Source: Tubiluchus corallicola (taxonomy: Eukaryota; Animalia; Priapulida). From it: 64,000 nt of DNA. A program made the position numbers and the translations under genes. The stretch lies in assembly GCA_030141605.1 (NCBI GenBank), contig JAQGDQ010000476.1:108589-172588 (forward strand), given 5' to 3'. The notes beneath the pieces were generated by a model, which was not told the DNA's origin, searched no databases, and was given only the letters and a program-made list of their open reading frames with translations. Position 1 is the first letter of the stretch. Every line of letters starts with the position of its first letter. Shown piece after piece: positions 51,387 to 64,000 of this stretch.

Positions 51387-52308
51387 GGGCGCCCAGTAAC
51401 CCACTAGCCGAAGTAGGACACTTCCGGTAAAACGCATGTACTAAATTTGCGGAAAAGCAGTGTCGTACATGGGCAGCCCTAGTAGGGCGCTGGCGATTTT
51501 TCTCGAGAATTATGATGACATAATAAAACATAAAACTGAATTTGTTTTACAGAAAATGTAACTTTATAATAATGATGGATGACAATTTACAAAATTAATG
51601 TATTTTTACAATAGTATCATCAGTATTATTAGCTCCTTTAAAATCATCATTAAATTAAGTATCTAATGCTTTAAAGAGAGAAACTATGCACACATTTATT
51701 ACAGAAATAATTGCAAGTTTAAAGATGAGACAGATGCTGCTAAGCCTTCACAACACGAAAATGTAATTTTTAACTTTTTAGAAAAAGCAGAGACAATTAG
51801 TTTTAATAATATCAATAGTATTGTAACATGTTGGGTACTGCCGTACATGGTTCGCTAGCCCATGTAGGGCACATAGGTCGCTAGAACGTTTACTTAGGAG
51901 AAAACAATTATTTGTCCAAGAAGTAGTGAAACGGATCACCTGTCTGTGAAGCGAGACAAAATAAAAATGATATACCTTAAACAAATGTTGAAATCGCCTA
52001 AAAAGTGGGTTTATTTCACTTCAACAACATTAATATCGAAGCCAAATTTAATATTGTCCGTTCAACCAGCATAGAATAAAATTCTTTTATTTCACAAGAT
52101 GTATAATAAATTATTTGACGTGTGTTGACGTTTCTAACTATTATTATTATTACATAAACAAGGACAAACGGACGGTGCCAGTATGCTTAACAACTCAATT
52201 CGCGACCTGTCTCTAGTGTCCTACTTGGGCTAGCCCATGTACGACGCATCCTACTTGGGCTAGCCCATGTACGCCATTCTACTTCGGCTGGTGGATTACT
52301 TGGCGCCC
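51387..52308. mobile_element. ~920-bp non-autonomous DNA transposon with TIRs and subterminal repeats
   Basis: gggcgcccagtaacccactagccgaagtag vs inverted ctacttcggctggtggattacttggcgccc; subterminal cctacttgggctagcccatgtacg twice at ~52220-52273 and inverted at ~51464 and ~51842. Confidence 0.75.
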
Positions 52309-52799
52309 AACAATAATATTACCTAATCAACAAAATTTACCAGATTTTTTTATGAATATAAAAACATGGAATAGTAGCATAGTATTATAAAAAAAAACTG
52401 AATGAATAAAGAGTCAAAATTTTACTGGTTTAAAGAAAGAAACGTGAATCCTGCAAGACTGTAATATTAAATGCTTTGATGCATATTTAAGTGTAAGAAA
52501 GTCTTAGAAATATAATTATTTTTAAATTCCAGCCATTAGAATAAGTGCGTTACAAGCACAGAAGAGACAGAAGCATAATACACGACAGAGGGGTAGAAAA
52601 ATGAAGGGTTTTTAGTACAAAGTGTTTGCAGATTGTCACTTATGGTCGAGTATACAATAATTAATTAATATAGCTATTAATATCACTGATAATTATTCGT
52701 GATGGCAAAAACAATTTAATGGCTTCACATAATAATTATGTTAACAAAGATTTAGGCCTACTACCTTCAATTGTCACTCAGCATTACAGATTATCAAAC

Positions 52800-52991
52800 A
52801 ATGGGAAATTTTAACTCGGATCTTCATCGACGTAAAACATGATTGGCGGGTTGTGTGTGGTTATAAAGTCACTGTAACAACGAGCAGCATTTCAGTACAA
52901 TCAAATCATTCCCAAATCCATCCTGACATGTTTCAGTCACAAAATGAGGAGAAATGGTAGACGAACCATGAAGAAGGAGCAATACTCCTGT
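52800..52991 (-). pseudogene. Decayed paralogous copy of the arylsulfatase last exon
   Basis: LLHGSSTISPHFVT/ETCQDGFGNDLIVLKCC/CYSDFITTHNPPIMFYVDEDPS*NFPL aligns to [57 protein letters not shown] of 38767-38307; internal deletion, frameshift and stop; ttttag acceptor retained. Confidence 0.85.
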
Positions 52992-53748
52992 CTAAAATAG
53001 AAAAATGACACTGATTTGCTTAACTATTGAATTATAATGAGGTTTACATTTGCATGAAGCAGTTCTTAAGGTAAAATTAATGAAAAACTTCAGTGGCATA
53101 AATTTAGTGTATTGCCACTGCCTCAATGTACGTGTGGTTCATACAAGCAATTTAGTTCACTATGTAACATGCAAACATGTAACGCATACATGATAAGTCC
53201 TTACAAAACAACTTGCAAAATTGTAAGATTTAGCAAAATCAGCAAGAACATGCGAACTGTCATCATATATTAACCTCTAATGATCAACAGTGACGACACG
53301 CAGGATAGGCTGTATTATAGCCTAGGATACTACAGGCCTAGCTCTGCTGAGCTTGATTGTTTCACACACCTCATATGGTACAATATCATGCTTGCCTTCA
53401 CCGGAATACAACAGCACAGTTTGTGTTTCACATACTATATGTCATACCATACCGTGTTGTGGCAATGTCTAATGCCACGGCATGTTTTTTTTAGCATAAA
53501 AGATAAAAATTTTGTTAAAGGGAAGAAAAGGCAATTTGTATGTCCCAAAAAAACTTTCCACTTCTTTCTGGATGTTCTTTCTAACTCGCCATGCAGTTCT
53601 GTTTATAGTACTATAAAGGCGCAAAAATATCCCTGGCAACAATGTAATAAGTTTTAAATTTATACTAAATCAAAAAATGCAAGTTTTAACATTAAAATGA
53701 ATAAAGTGAATAAACCATAGATATATATATACATGTATATTACTATGT

Positions 53749-54883
53749 CAGGGCCGGATTTATAGGAGGAACAGAGCGTAATTGCTCGGGGCCTCCTGCT
53801 AGAGGGACACCCGGCCAAGGATTTCATTTATAAAAATGTAATAATTATAAAATTGGTTTTATTATTAAAAGAATTAACAAAGTGTGTATGGGGGCACAAG
53901 AAACTAGAAAGGCAGGGTGCCCCCATCCATTTCAAGATGGTGCCCCCTTTGAGTAATTTGATAAATTGGTGACAGTAAAATAGTAAGAAAATTAACAGAA
54001 AAATAATAGTAAAGAGTGTTAATCTAAAAATTATTATCATAAATGGATTTATAATACCCACGATGCTGCAAAAATGTAGGTAATGTAACAAACATTTATG
54101 TGAACACTTTAGAAGTATTTGTCAAACAGCTTAGGAAAATGTATTGATTGTGTTTTTGAAGTCAGTAAAATTGAGAAAAATAAAATCATAAATTTTCGCA
54201 CGGGCGAGCACAGCCATGCGTAGCAACTTAATGCGCAGGCACGATACCAATTGCGCATGCGCGACAGTAACAAACAGCTGATCTAGGCACTGGCACTGGG
54301 CATCCAAGAATATAATACCGTCACTCTTATAGGCTGTGTTTTCCGTTAGTGGTTTGGAAATCCGCCATAATTACCTTTGTGAAACAGTAACGTTTGCAAG
54401 TATTTTTCTTGCATTACATGCAATAGGCGTAAGTCTTCAAATAGCATTAAATTGGTACATTTTATTTTTGCTTTATGGACGTGTTTTCTAGTTCTATTTT
54501 TCTTAATCTGTACCAGTATGTAGAAGTTGACACGTTAATAACACTGATGATCATGATGCTAGTTTTATTAATAATAATTACATTTTTCGGGGTTTTGTTT
54601 TTAAAGGCAAATTATGTTACGTAGATATTTCTTTAGTAGTTCGGCAAATCTGCGCAAATTGCGCCTAGGCTTATAAAAATTTCTAACTGATGGACAAGGC
54701 TGGATGATTTGATAACCAATATTAATTCTTCACCACCCCTTCTCTTGTTCTAAATTCCTTTTTTAATTTGTAATTTGCTCTTTGTTTTCTGTTATGAAAT
54801 GTATGTAATAAAATTATATATATGTTTTTGGAGATAAAATAAAGTAATCTAATTTAAATCTAATCTTAATCTAAATCCGGCAG
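53749..54883. mobile_element. Old hAT-like non-autonomous element
   Basis: CAGGGCCGGATTTA left end and TAAATCCGGC.. right end; degenerate 8-bp flanks tactatgt / aagtatgt. Confidence 0.45.
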
Positions 54884-55084
54884 AAGTATGTTAGCCATAT
54901 ATCTCTGCTCCTATAGATAAAAGGTCAGGATCAGTCACCCCTCCCACAGTGAGCTTGGAATGCATTCACAGACTAGCCTTGGCTAAAGCAAAAACCAAAT
55001 CACGCAGGAAGTTGAGCTTACTATATATATATATATATATATAGTGTAAAGTAATGTCCGATGACGACGACATTAGCAAAGTGA

Positions 55085-55430
55085 AGCAAATGTTTCTTAT
55101 TACGTGTATGGAACAAATCTCACAAACCATATTATATCGGTAGTGGAGTCATAGAAGAGAAATCTGTTGTACGTGATTTGGGCAGCTTCGTGTCCAATGA
55201 CCTAAAGTGGAATATTCACGTTAATCACATAACAGGTCAGGCAAATCAAGGTTTTCCTCTCAAGACCTAACAGAGAACTATGAGGTTATGATTCCAAACA
55301 TTTCATTGAATTAGCTCCATCTGTTCCAATTTGCTCCTCGAAGGGCCCACCTATGGAACTCACTCTCCGCTGATGCTGTAAATGCAACATCTGTCGATAA
55401 CTTTAAAATGAATATGAGAAAGGACCATAC
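55085..55430 (+). mobile_element. CR1/L2-group LINE 3' fragment with internal deletion
   Basis: VRDLGSFVSNDLKWNIHVNHITGQANQ and HLWNSLSADAVNATSVDNFK, hallmark post-RT and C-terminal motifs of CR1/L2 ORF2. Confidence 0.8.
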
Positions 55431-58400
55431 ATGAGTTGACATTTAGGTCCTGATTTCATTGCAAAGAAGATAAAGAGTGTCTGTGGTTGAAGTGCTGTAT
55501 CTATAAATTTAGGTTTGAATCGAATTAGAACATCCAATTCTCACCCCTAATTATTCCATTAATCTTTCTAAACCAAACACTCACACTTTATAGACCATTT
55601 CGTCCTCTTTCTGAGAGTTTGTTTATTTTATCCAAATTGCCCAAACAGTAAAAAAATTATTTTTTCTAGGGGCTGTTTGCCCATTTTTTCACAAAATTTT
55701 GGTGGGTGGATCCGTTAAAATGCCTACTGCAGCGGCTTGTGAATTTTCTGGGAAACCAAACCATATTTGTTACATTCTACGTTAAAAGCTCTTTCCAGTG
55801 ATATGTAGCACTCTGTATCTCATGCTACCGTTTTTTAGAGCTGAATTTTATAAGTTTTGCAAAAAGGGCAAACGCATGGTTCCTCCCAGACATCTCAGAT
55901 CGAAAAACAAACCTCCATGGGACCTTGAGTGACCGAGACATAGACCGTGTCGCGCATATGCGAAATAAACCCACTGAAATCGATGAAGATCAAGCTTTTA
56001 ATTATGCTGAAAGACTGATTCATGTCCCGCTTTTATTTTAGTTTTTGAAAGATTGATCCTTTCTTGATTTTTGTTGACTGTAGTAGTTTGGAAAAAGTAC
56101 AATAGGTACAAGCTAGGTACAGTAGGTACCATAGCTAGACCTTGAACAGTTTTCACTTATCATGTCTTCCTGTGTGTTTAATTCCAAATCAAATTGGCAT
56201 AGTTCAGAATTGGTCTCATCATTGATATAACTTTGTCATTATTGGCCATCAAGAAAAAAACTTTGCTTGATGAAAGTGAAGGCTAACAACATGATTAGGC
56301 ATAATATCAATTGTCTTCCCTGCCACTTTGTTTTCTTCAAAACTATGCTCATATGCCATTAAGTTATATTTTTTATTCTCGCAACACTAACTTTTCTACG
56401 TTTAGAAAATTATACTTATCATCAAAATATGCCTAGCCAGATTTCTGCTTGTCGATTATAGTTATGCATTTCCTCCCACAGAGAAAACAGCGTAATAGAT
56501 GATATTCAATGGCATATCTACTATATTAAGTATTTTGACTCCTGTAATGTTATAAATAACTGGTCTAATGACGTAGCTACTAATAGTAGCTGTCTAATGA
56601 TGGGCTACTACCTAATTTGTTTACATCAGTTTATATAACTGTTATGACAACAGTACAGGTATGTCACAGCATAATTATATTGTTATCTGTTAATGACTGA
56701 GTTTTGAGTGATTATATTCATTTTGGACTTGCGAGACCCGATTTGTCTATTCATTAACCATTTTTTTATGGATTTAAAATTAAAAACAAGGTTTTCGTGT
56801 AATTTTTAAGCTTTTGTCGCACGCTTCATTGGCAGATTTGTTCACTAAACAATAATACTGCGCAGAGTAATTAAGTCAATATAAGACCATTGTTTAGCAC
56901 AAGCTATAAATACGGTGCTGGGAAAGTAAAAGTTCAAAGGCTCTGCAGCTGAGAGAATGAACATGTGTATAACATGTTTTTGAAACTTGATCAAGCTGTC
57001 CAGTTCTCATTAAAATAGTTTTTCTTTAATTTTTTAGTGCTAAAACTTAGCCGCCATGGCGACACATGCTGGAGAGCATGAACTGCAGCGCCTTGGCTCA
57101 TCAGAAGAAGTAGAATGTCGAAAATTTCGTAAGGCATCTGGCTGGCAAAGAGTGACACTATTCTGTTATAGTTACAGATCTATTTAATAATCATAATTTA
57201 TGCACACAGTATGCATGCAGTATTAACATTTAAGCGTAAAGAAACTGTTTTTATGAGCTCAGTGGCAGCAGTTCTCCAGCCAGTAATTTTTCACTAATGA
57301 ATCTAGTCGGTACTTCATTTGATAATGGTACTATAGTTCTTTAATTCAGAGTCTTCGTTACTTGTATCTTCCTATTTGCAGCCTGGTCTACAGAGGTTAC
57401 AATACATAAACAAAGAATCGACCATTTGCAATTACACAGTATAGATTTATTTCTGGCGAAAGATAATTAAGAGGTTGAAATGAATTGATATAACGGGCTA
57501 GAAATACATTTTTACATAAAAGGTAAAAACTTGGAAGAAATGTGGGAGGAAAAACACAGTTCGTAGAACCAAAACTTTTCACACATACAACTTGATAGAC
57601 TGGTAGAGTGTTATATGATTAAAACCAGAGATAAGCAATGCATAGATATTTGTAAGACAATCGTAGAAAATACGTCAGGCAATGTCTCACAAAGCAGTAT
57701 TACGCTGTATGAATGACTAACAACTACGGATTTCATAATTTAACACTATTTTATATACATAAAAAAGTGTCAAATTGTTTATAGGGCAATGATTTTATGG
57801 TGCATTTTAATACAATGCAACAGCATTATCTCTGTACTTTCACATGTATTTTAAGAAACAAAATGAAAGGTCATATCGACACAAACACCATCACAGCCTC
57901 TGGGTTATAATATTAATGATTTAACGAGAATTTTATTACAACCAGCAATTAGCTGCACACAAAAGAATACTGATGGAAAATTACAACTAATCAGAGTAAA
58001 AATTGTTAATCATTTATTAGATACACAGTAAAACATACTAGAAATAAATTCAAAGAAAAAATAAATTTAAAAATTAGACTGTAAATAATAAAGAGTATAT
58101 TAATATGACTAGTTGATAAAGGCCAAGTAGATGAGCAAAGTCACAACATCATAACTCCGTCAGCCTATTGATACAAATAAAATGAAGTGAAAAAATGAAA
58201 TTTGACAAGGATTCACAATTGCAGACAGATCAAAGATTGTCATCTTTCTACGTTACCACGAAGAAAACAATTTTTTCGGCCTTCAAGAGACATTCATAGA
58301 ACAAGTAGAGTTCATAGTCACCATCTAAGTGTACACAAGCAAATGATGGTATTATAGTTTTTCGTGTAAGCTTTGGGTAAGAAAGTGAGTGTAATATCAC

Positions 58401-58700
58401 TTGAATCTATGACACCCACAAAACTGCAATAAAGGATTACATTAGTCAAATGACTGATGCATTTATGAATGGAAATGAGCTTTATTTGAAAATGCAGCTT
58501 TGCACTGATGAAAGTAAATGCAACTAAAAGGCCAACTAGCAGTTTCAATTATCATATCCAAACATTTGACGTTTGCACAAGTTTAGCTAATAACACAGTA
58601 AAATTACATACAAGCCTGGTGTTTAATTATTTATAAATATTTAATAAATATCAACAAGCGACGTGACTAACACACAAGTAAATAGTGATTAAACTATGGG

Positions 58701-61700
58701 TTATTTCTTCAGCGTGAAGAAACTGCGCTTTTTCGGTTCTTCCTTCTTCTCGGCAGTGGCGGCGGGAAGCGTTTGCGCTCTGGAGGGGGAGGGCGGAGTG
58801 ATGGGTGTGTCTCTTACAGCCTGAATTGCTCGTATCCAGTACTCCATCTCACCGTCATCCTTAGCTTGGAATAAGTATACGCTGCCATCTTCGAGTCTGA
58901 AAGGTAGCACAATAACAATGGTAATTCTGTAAATGTAATTTTGTGTTGTTTGATAAATAAAAAAAAATTGAACTTGCACACATTGTAAATATGCAATTAG
59001 ATACTGAACCATGTTCACTTTTATATTTACTTAGCATAGTGAAACATATAGACTGTGCAAGTTTTGATTATGCAGACATCAAGGAAAGGTAAGAGAATAC
59101 ATTTGTTGCCACGTCTTGTATGTCTTCACTGCAAATGCATTTTGTATAACACCAAGTTTGCTAACTATGTTGATAACATCAGTGCAGAATAAATAAATAA
59201 ATTGCTAACACTTTACAGTAAACAACTGTTTTACCTTTGATAAAATGGTAATTAATGTATTTATAGCTGGTACACTGCCAGTCAGCGTGTGGATGGAATC
59301 TACTCACAGTCTAGACTACACTTTTTTGTCCAGGATACAAGGTCTTTATAATTAAAGCCTGACTGAACTAGTGTTCTTGTAATTTTTTTATCTCCATTTA
59401 TTGATAATTATGTGTAAAGGGTTGGCAACCAGGATCCCCGATCCAGAATTTTCGGACCTGACCCGAATCCTAATCCCACACCGTTAAACGCGTCCCAACC
59501 TCGAGCACCCCTAATTTGCATTTATTTTTCGGAAGAAACAAAATCAGTGAAATCAAGCAAGATGACGCTACTTTTGCACAGTAACATCACCCTGGCCATA
59601 CTGCTTAGAAGACAATAGTTTTGTTGAACTGTTTTGTAAGCTCCAAATTAATAAAATAAAACTCATTTATTTTAGTATATACACAATTAAACACAATTGT
59701 GTTTAACAAATATAATAAAGCACATGATTTTAGTTCGCAAAAATATACTAACTTCAGGCGGAAAACGTGTTTTTTCTTTGTATAATCGCTTGGAACTTCA
59801 GCAGTGCAGCTTCGCAAGTCTAGCGGTGTTTCGTTGCGGAACGTAGCACCTTCCTGGAAGAAAATTGTTAACTGTAGAAGAAATGAAATTAATGTACATA
59901 ATAGGCTACTGGTATTACACAGGATGGTACTTAACATTGTTTTTTCAAAGAACGTCGTGAACAATGACCATGTACAAATTACAATGTTAATACATCATCA
60001 AAGGGTATGACATTTTATTTAAAAATAACTGTGAGTAGATTTAAGTACACCAAGATGCTGTAACTGGAACTGAACCGTAATCACGAAGAACTGATAAACG
60101 CTGACAAATTCAACCAATCAGATTTGTTAAAGAAGTAAATCAAAATTTACTTCAAGAAATGAACAGAAACGTGATGCAAAAAGACTATTCCAGATGGTTC
60201 TGGGTTTGATCCATATTTCTCCATTATTGTCTCTCTCTGTTTATTATTTCTTATAACATTATAACATAATGATCTGTTTCTCTCCATTTATAACAGCTGA
60301 TTTTCCAACATGAACCATTTGGATGTGAAAAATAACTATCTTACTTGTTTGGCATGCTTCTGATCCTTATAGAAAATGAGATTAGCTCCTCTGAGCATGG
60401 TGTAAACTTTATCCCATGATCTGAAAAAAAATTTAAGTTGACGAATGACACACACATTTTTGGCCTAAAAATTGAGCTAAACAAGCGAAGTTAAGTTATT
60501 TATTGATGAAATTCTCGCTTTAAAGACGCTTCTGACCTTTCTTAAAATAAGTGTGTTTTAATTCTAAAAATAGATGCTACTGGAAATATAAAGGTACTGT
60601 ACTTCTGGTATGCCTGGGAGGTTGCAACACCAGACAGTCAGCTAGCTGCAAGATTAGCAGTTTTTCTGCATTTGCTGAGCACTGGATATTTCAATTGCAA
60701 AAGACTCATGGAAGGACACAACAGCATAAGCATATGATAAGATTCTAGCGCCGCATTTCAACAGTCTTTTGTGAGTGATTTACAATGCTCAAACATGATA
60801 ACACGTAGTCATGACAAAAATGGTCGTAAGTCGTAGACCCCAACTATCAAGCCTATTTTTATTTTTACCTATTTGATGACTTCTTGCCACCAGGAATAAG
60901 GTCCTGCTTTCGGAGTAGGATGTTTTCCATCTGCGTATCACCAGCCTCACCTAAAATTACAAATAAGTCTTTAGAAATCTCTATGGATCTAAGAGCATCA
61001 GGTCCAAGAGCATGAGCATGAAACAATCAGGTTGACCCACAAGCAACAGCTGCTTCTGAATTCTAGTTGGTCTGACAATTAAATTAGTATTGCGTATAGC
61101 GTTTATACAAGACCTGAGCACTTCAATTCCTACAGAATATGAGCATGAAACACTCGGGTTGTCTCATGAGTAACGGCTGCTTATAAATTCTGGTTGGTCA
61201 GACAATTAAATCACTATTGGGTATAGTGTTTATATAATGGAATTCCATACAATGATCACTTTTTGTTAACAATTCATTCATTTTCTTCCTATAGACTCTG
61301 CATTGTTCTTACTTAGGATCACCGGCCAGGTTAGTCCTAAGAATGTTTATTTAAGAAAGCAAAAGAGCATACAATGATAAGTTTCCTAGCAACGAGAGTC
61401 CAAAAGTGCCGCATGACTCATGTCATGATGAAGCAACAGCGACAATAAACTGTAGGTGATTTAATTTTGATTTGTTTGATAAAAAAAAAATTTTGTACTA
61501 CCTGCACTTGCAAATATTGTAAATGTACAAGCAGATACTGAACCACATTTACCTTACATTTTCTTACAGCAAACAACAGTTTTATCATTGACAGAACGAC
61601 CTTGAGATTAATAAGTGGAATTTTTTCAGTAACTACAAACATGCAGCTACTGGTGTAACAATAGTTAACAAATGTGCAATAAAAACTTAAAATAAATGAT

Positions 61701-63891
61701 TCGACACCCATTTGAAAAACTCACCCTGTACTTTCAACTTTTTCTGTTGTGCAGGCGATGCTTTACTAGTCGCAACCTTAGCTTTAGGTTTTGCTAAAGA
61801 AAGAAATCAAAAACACATGCGTGTGAAGTGCTCATGCAAACTAACACAGTGCCAGTGTGAGCTAAAATAAGTGTGTAAATAAAAAGTTTACTTAATGGGA
61901 AAAACAAAAAATGGTAATAACTGAACTGGAGTTTTCCTGGTTTTCAGTAGTAGAAAACTGAAAGTAGAAATTTTAAAAATCAACAATAGCATCTAAATCA
62001 TATCTTTACGATGATTAGATCACATTTGTAGTGCAAGAAGTGCTGATCAATGAAAAGGAACTTTGATTAGCAGCACTCTACTATAGCTTAATATGTGCCA
62101 CCGCTCTTAGTAAATAGACCGTCCGACAAAAACTAAACACTGCTATGACAGTAGATAGTCAGTGTTACTTTCCAAAAAAGTGTTTCAACTTACACAAACT
62201 TAATTTCAAGCACAGCTAAGCAAATTTAGTTGACCTAAGTGATTAAAAATATCCGAAAACTTTCCATGCGAAAAACATTTAAATCACAGAGATAAATATC
62301 AGAAAACAAAAAGAAAAAATCAATAAAATTCTGAAGTGCACTGAAATAACTGTAAAATAGTGACATGCCACTACAGCACAAAATAGAGAAAACAATGCAG
62401 AAAATAATGTTTGGCATTAAGATGCAAACTGAATAACAAGGCAAATGATGAGCATGTAATAATAGTAATGATGTTCAGAAGGCGAAATTCATTTTCCAAA
62501 AATTGTATCTAAATAGAAAAGTTTAGAATTGCTTACCGGATGGAGGACTAGACTCTGACGAAACCTGAGCATCGCCGGAGCCAGCTCTTTCTGCTCTTGC
62601 AGTTGCCTTTTTAGCAGCATCGGCTTCATCTCTAAAAGATATACAAATTTAATGCATTTAGTTAGACACCTAACTATTATCATAGGGTTATCAGCAACCT
62701 AGCTACCAGAAAAAATCTTATTTGAATGTTGATTTTGCTATTTTCCTCTAAATGGTGCAACAAAGTAGGATTAATCTTGTATCCTATGGCATGTTGCAGT
62801 ATAACAAAGCACTAGCAGCTTAGCGTATGTGTTAGTGTCTATACGCTAAGCTATACAAATAGTGTCTTAGTGTTCGGATGATGATTTCGACAGCTTAAAC
62901 ACGTTTATCATAGTTTTGTTGATTTGTTTGCAAGACTTCATTCATAATTTACCGTATAGACTAGAAATTATGTATGCTGACACCTAGTTTAAATAGCTAA
63001 GCATGAGTCTACCTTGCTAGTTTGGACCAAGCATAAAAAACATGACCTATATGATAATCTATCTTTAGGCAAGAAATCAATACAATCCTGATAAGCAACC
63101 TTACTTGGGTTGTAGACTATATTACTTGAAAGAAGGGCTTACACCACTCTTATGGAAAGGTACTGACCTTCTGTCCACGAATATTCAGTCAAAGTGATCT
63201 AAAATTCAAAGTTATCGGCAAAGGTGTGACTGGTTTTAGATGGCCGATTATTACCTACAGCACTTAATAAACAATTACCGAATCAAAATCTGTTCAAACA
63301 CTATACTTTCTAGTCTTAAAAAATTGTTAATATACTGTTCCACATATGTTACTTGAGTTTTAAGTCAAATACTGTGTTGAACATTCTCATTTTAACAGAA
63401 AAAAATTTCACAGGTAATTTTTCTTCCCAGCTTATTTTATTGCAAACAACATAACAAAAAAATCTATTTCTGCCGATGTGAAGCGTGTCGGACTCCACGT
63501 TTGGCAGATACAGATCAATAATCCCACTGTTCATATTACATATATAACTTCCAAATGTCATATTTCTGTCAGAGGAAAGAAACTGTTTGCAAAAAATACT
63601 GTTGTACAAGTACAGTGCTTATACATTGTAAGGATTTATAGAAATCAGATAAATGCAAGAGGTTTTATAAGGTTCCAATACTGAGGAGATATAGTTGATG
63701 CAGTCATCTCATTATCATAAATACATAAAACTTTAACTTTATCAGCACTACTTTCAACAAAAAATTAAAGCTAGTCTTATGTCTTACTGTTCTTTTCGTA
63801 TCTTTTCAGCTTCCTCCTGCATGGCTTTCTCTTCAGCCCGCCTTTTTTCTTCCTCCTCTTCTTGTCTACGTCTTAATTCTTTCAATTCAAA
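58701..63891 (-). CDS. SPTBN1: Beta-spectrin, 3' portion with PH domain (5' part beyond window); exons 63891-63788, 62631-62537, 61793-61725, 60950-60869, 60420-60345, 59853-59753, 58896-58701
   Basis: FELKELRRRQEE after the last spectrin repeat; PH motifs KKSSNR|SWDKVY..FYKDQK..DYTKKKHVFRLK|LEDGSVYLFQAKDDGEMEYWI; C-terminus KKRSFFTLKK*; GT-AG phases consistent. Symbol is the nearest vertebrate name, not one-to-one orthology. Confidence 0.92.
59418..59514. mobile_element. Possible short hAT-type MITE
   Basis: agggttg...cacccct ends with internal cccgatcc/cccgaatcc motifs. Confidence 0.3.
61012..61236. repeat. Two-copy tandem duplication, ~126-bp period
   Basis: atgagcatgaaaca.tc.ggttg...ctgctt...aattct.gttggtc.gacaattaaat...tattg.gtatag.gtttata at 61012 and 61138. 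Confidence 0.85.
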
Positions 63892-64000
63892 CTGTAACGA
63901 ATTAAACAATGTTTTAACATTAACAACAAACAACCATAAACAAGATGAAAAGAGATTACTAAATAGGAACAATATCAATAAAGTCACATCCGCACTAATT

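Larger units (their letters stand above)
58908..61570. repeat. Dispersed ~130-bp repeat in two spectrin introns (~58908-59035 and ~61432-61570)
   Basis: Shared taattttg...tgtttgataaa...acttgca.a.attgtaaat...agatactgaacca. Confidence 0.7.

Noticed and set aside
57085-57135. CUGAUGA-GCC-AA-GGC hammerhead-like core on the minus strand (similar partial matches at ~39765-39790 and ~22640-22660)
   Set aside because: Required GAAA and stems I/III are absent

Overview
AT-rich, intron-containing metazoan DNA, most likely from a marine invertebrate bilaterian (taxon not determinable from the sequence alone). Six host genes lie on the minus strand: glycoprotein hormone beta-5 (GPB5), a short single-exon class A GPCR, an 8-exon Delta Notch ligand (805 aa, 9 EGF repeats), a 7-exon arylsulfatase (531 aa, one GC-AG intron), a CD20/MS4A-like 4-TM protein, and the 3' exons (PH domain) of beta-spectrin. 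A decayed copy of the arylsulfatase last exon also occurs. Mobile DNA: a 2,667-bp P-superfamily (THAP) transposon with TIRs and an exact 8-bp TSD, internally deleted; Penelope-like relics with inverted hammerhead-ribozyme-like termini; a nested Tc1/mariner relic; several LINE fragments (one inside a (GA)n tract); MITEs; many microsatellites. Best leads: the KP-like P element, the inverted hammerhead pair, a candidate 24-nt beta-spectrin microexon, a GPCR lacking ECL2/C3.25/D3.32, and possible ancient GPB5-Delta-beta-spectrin linkage. Exon models were read by hand and no database searches were run. I found no clearly new biological system, only these candidates.
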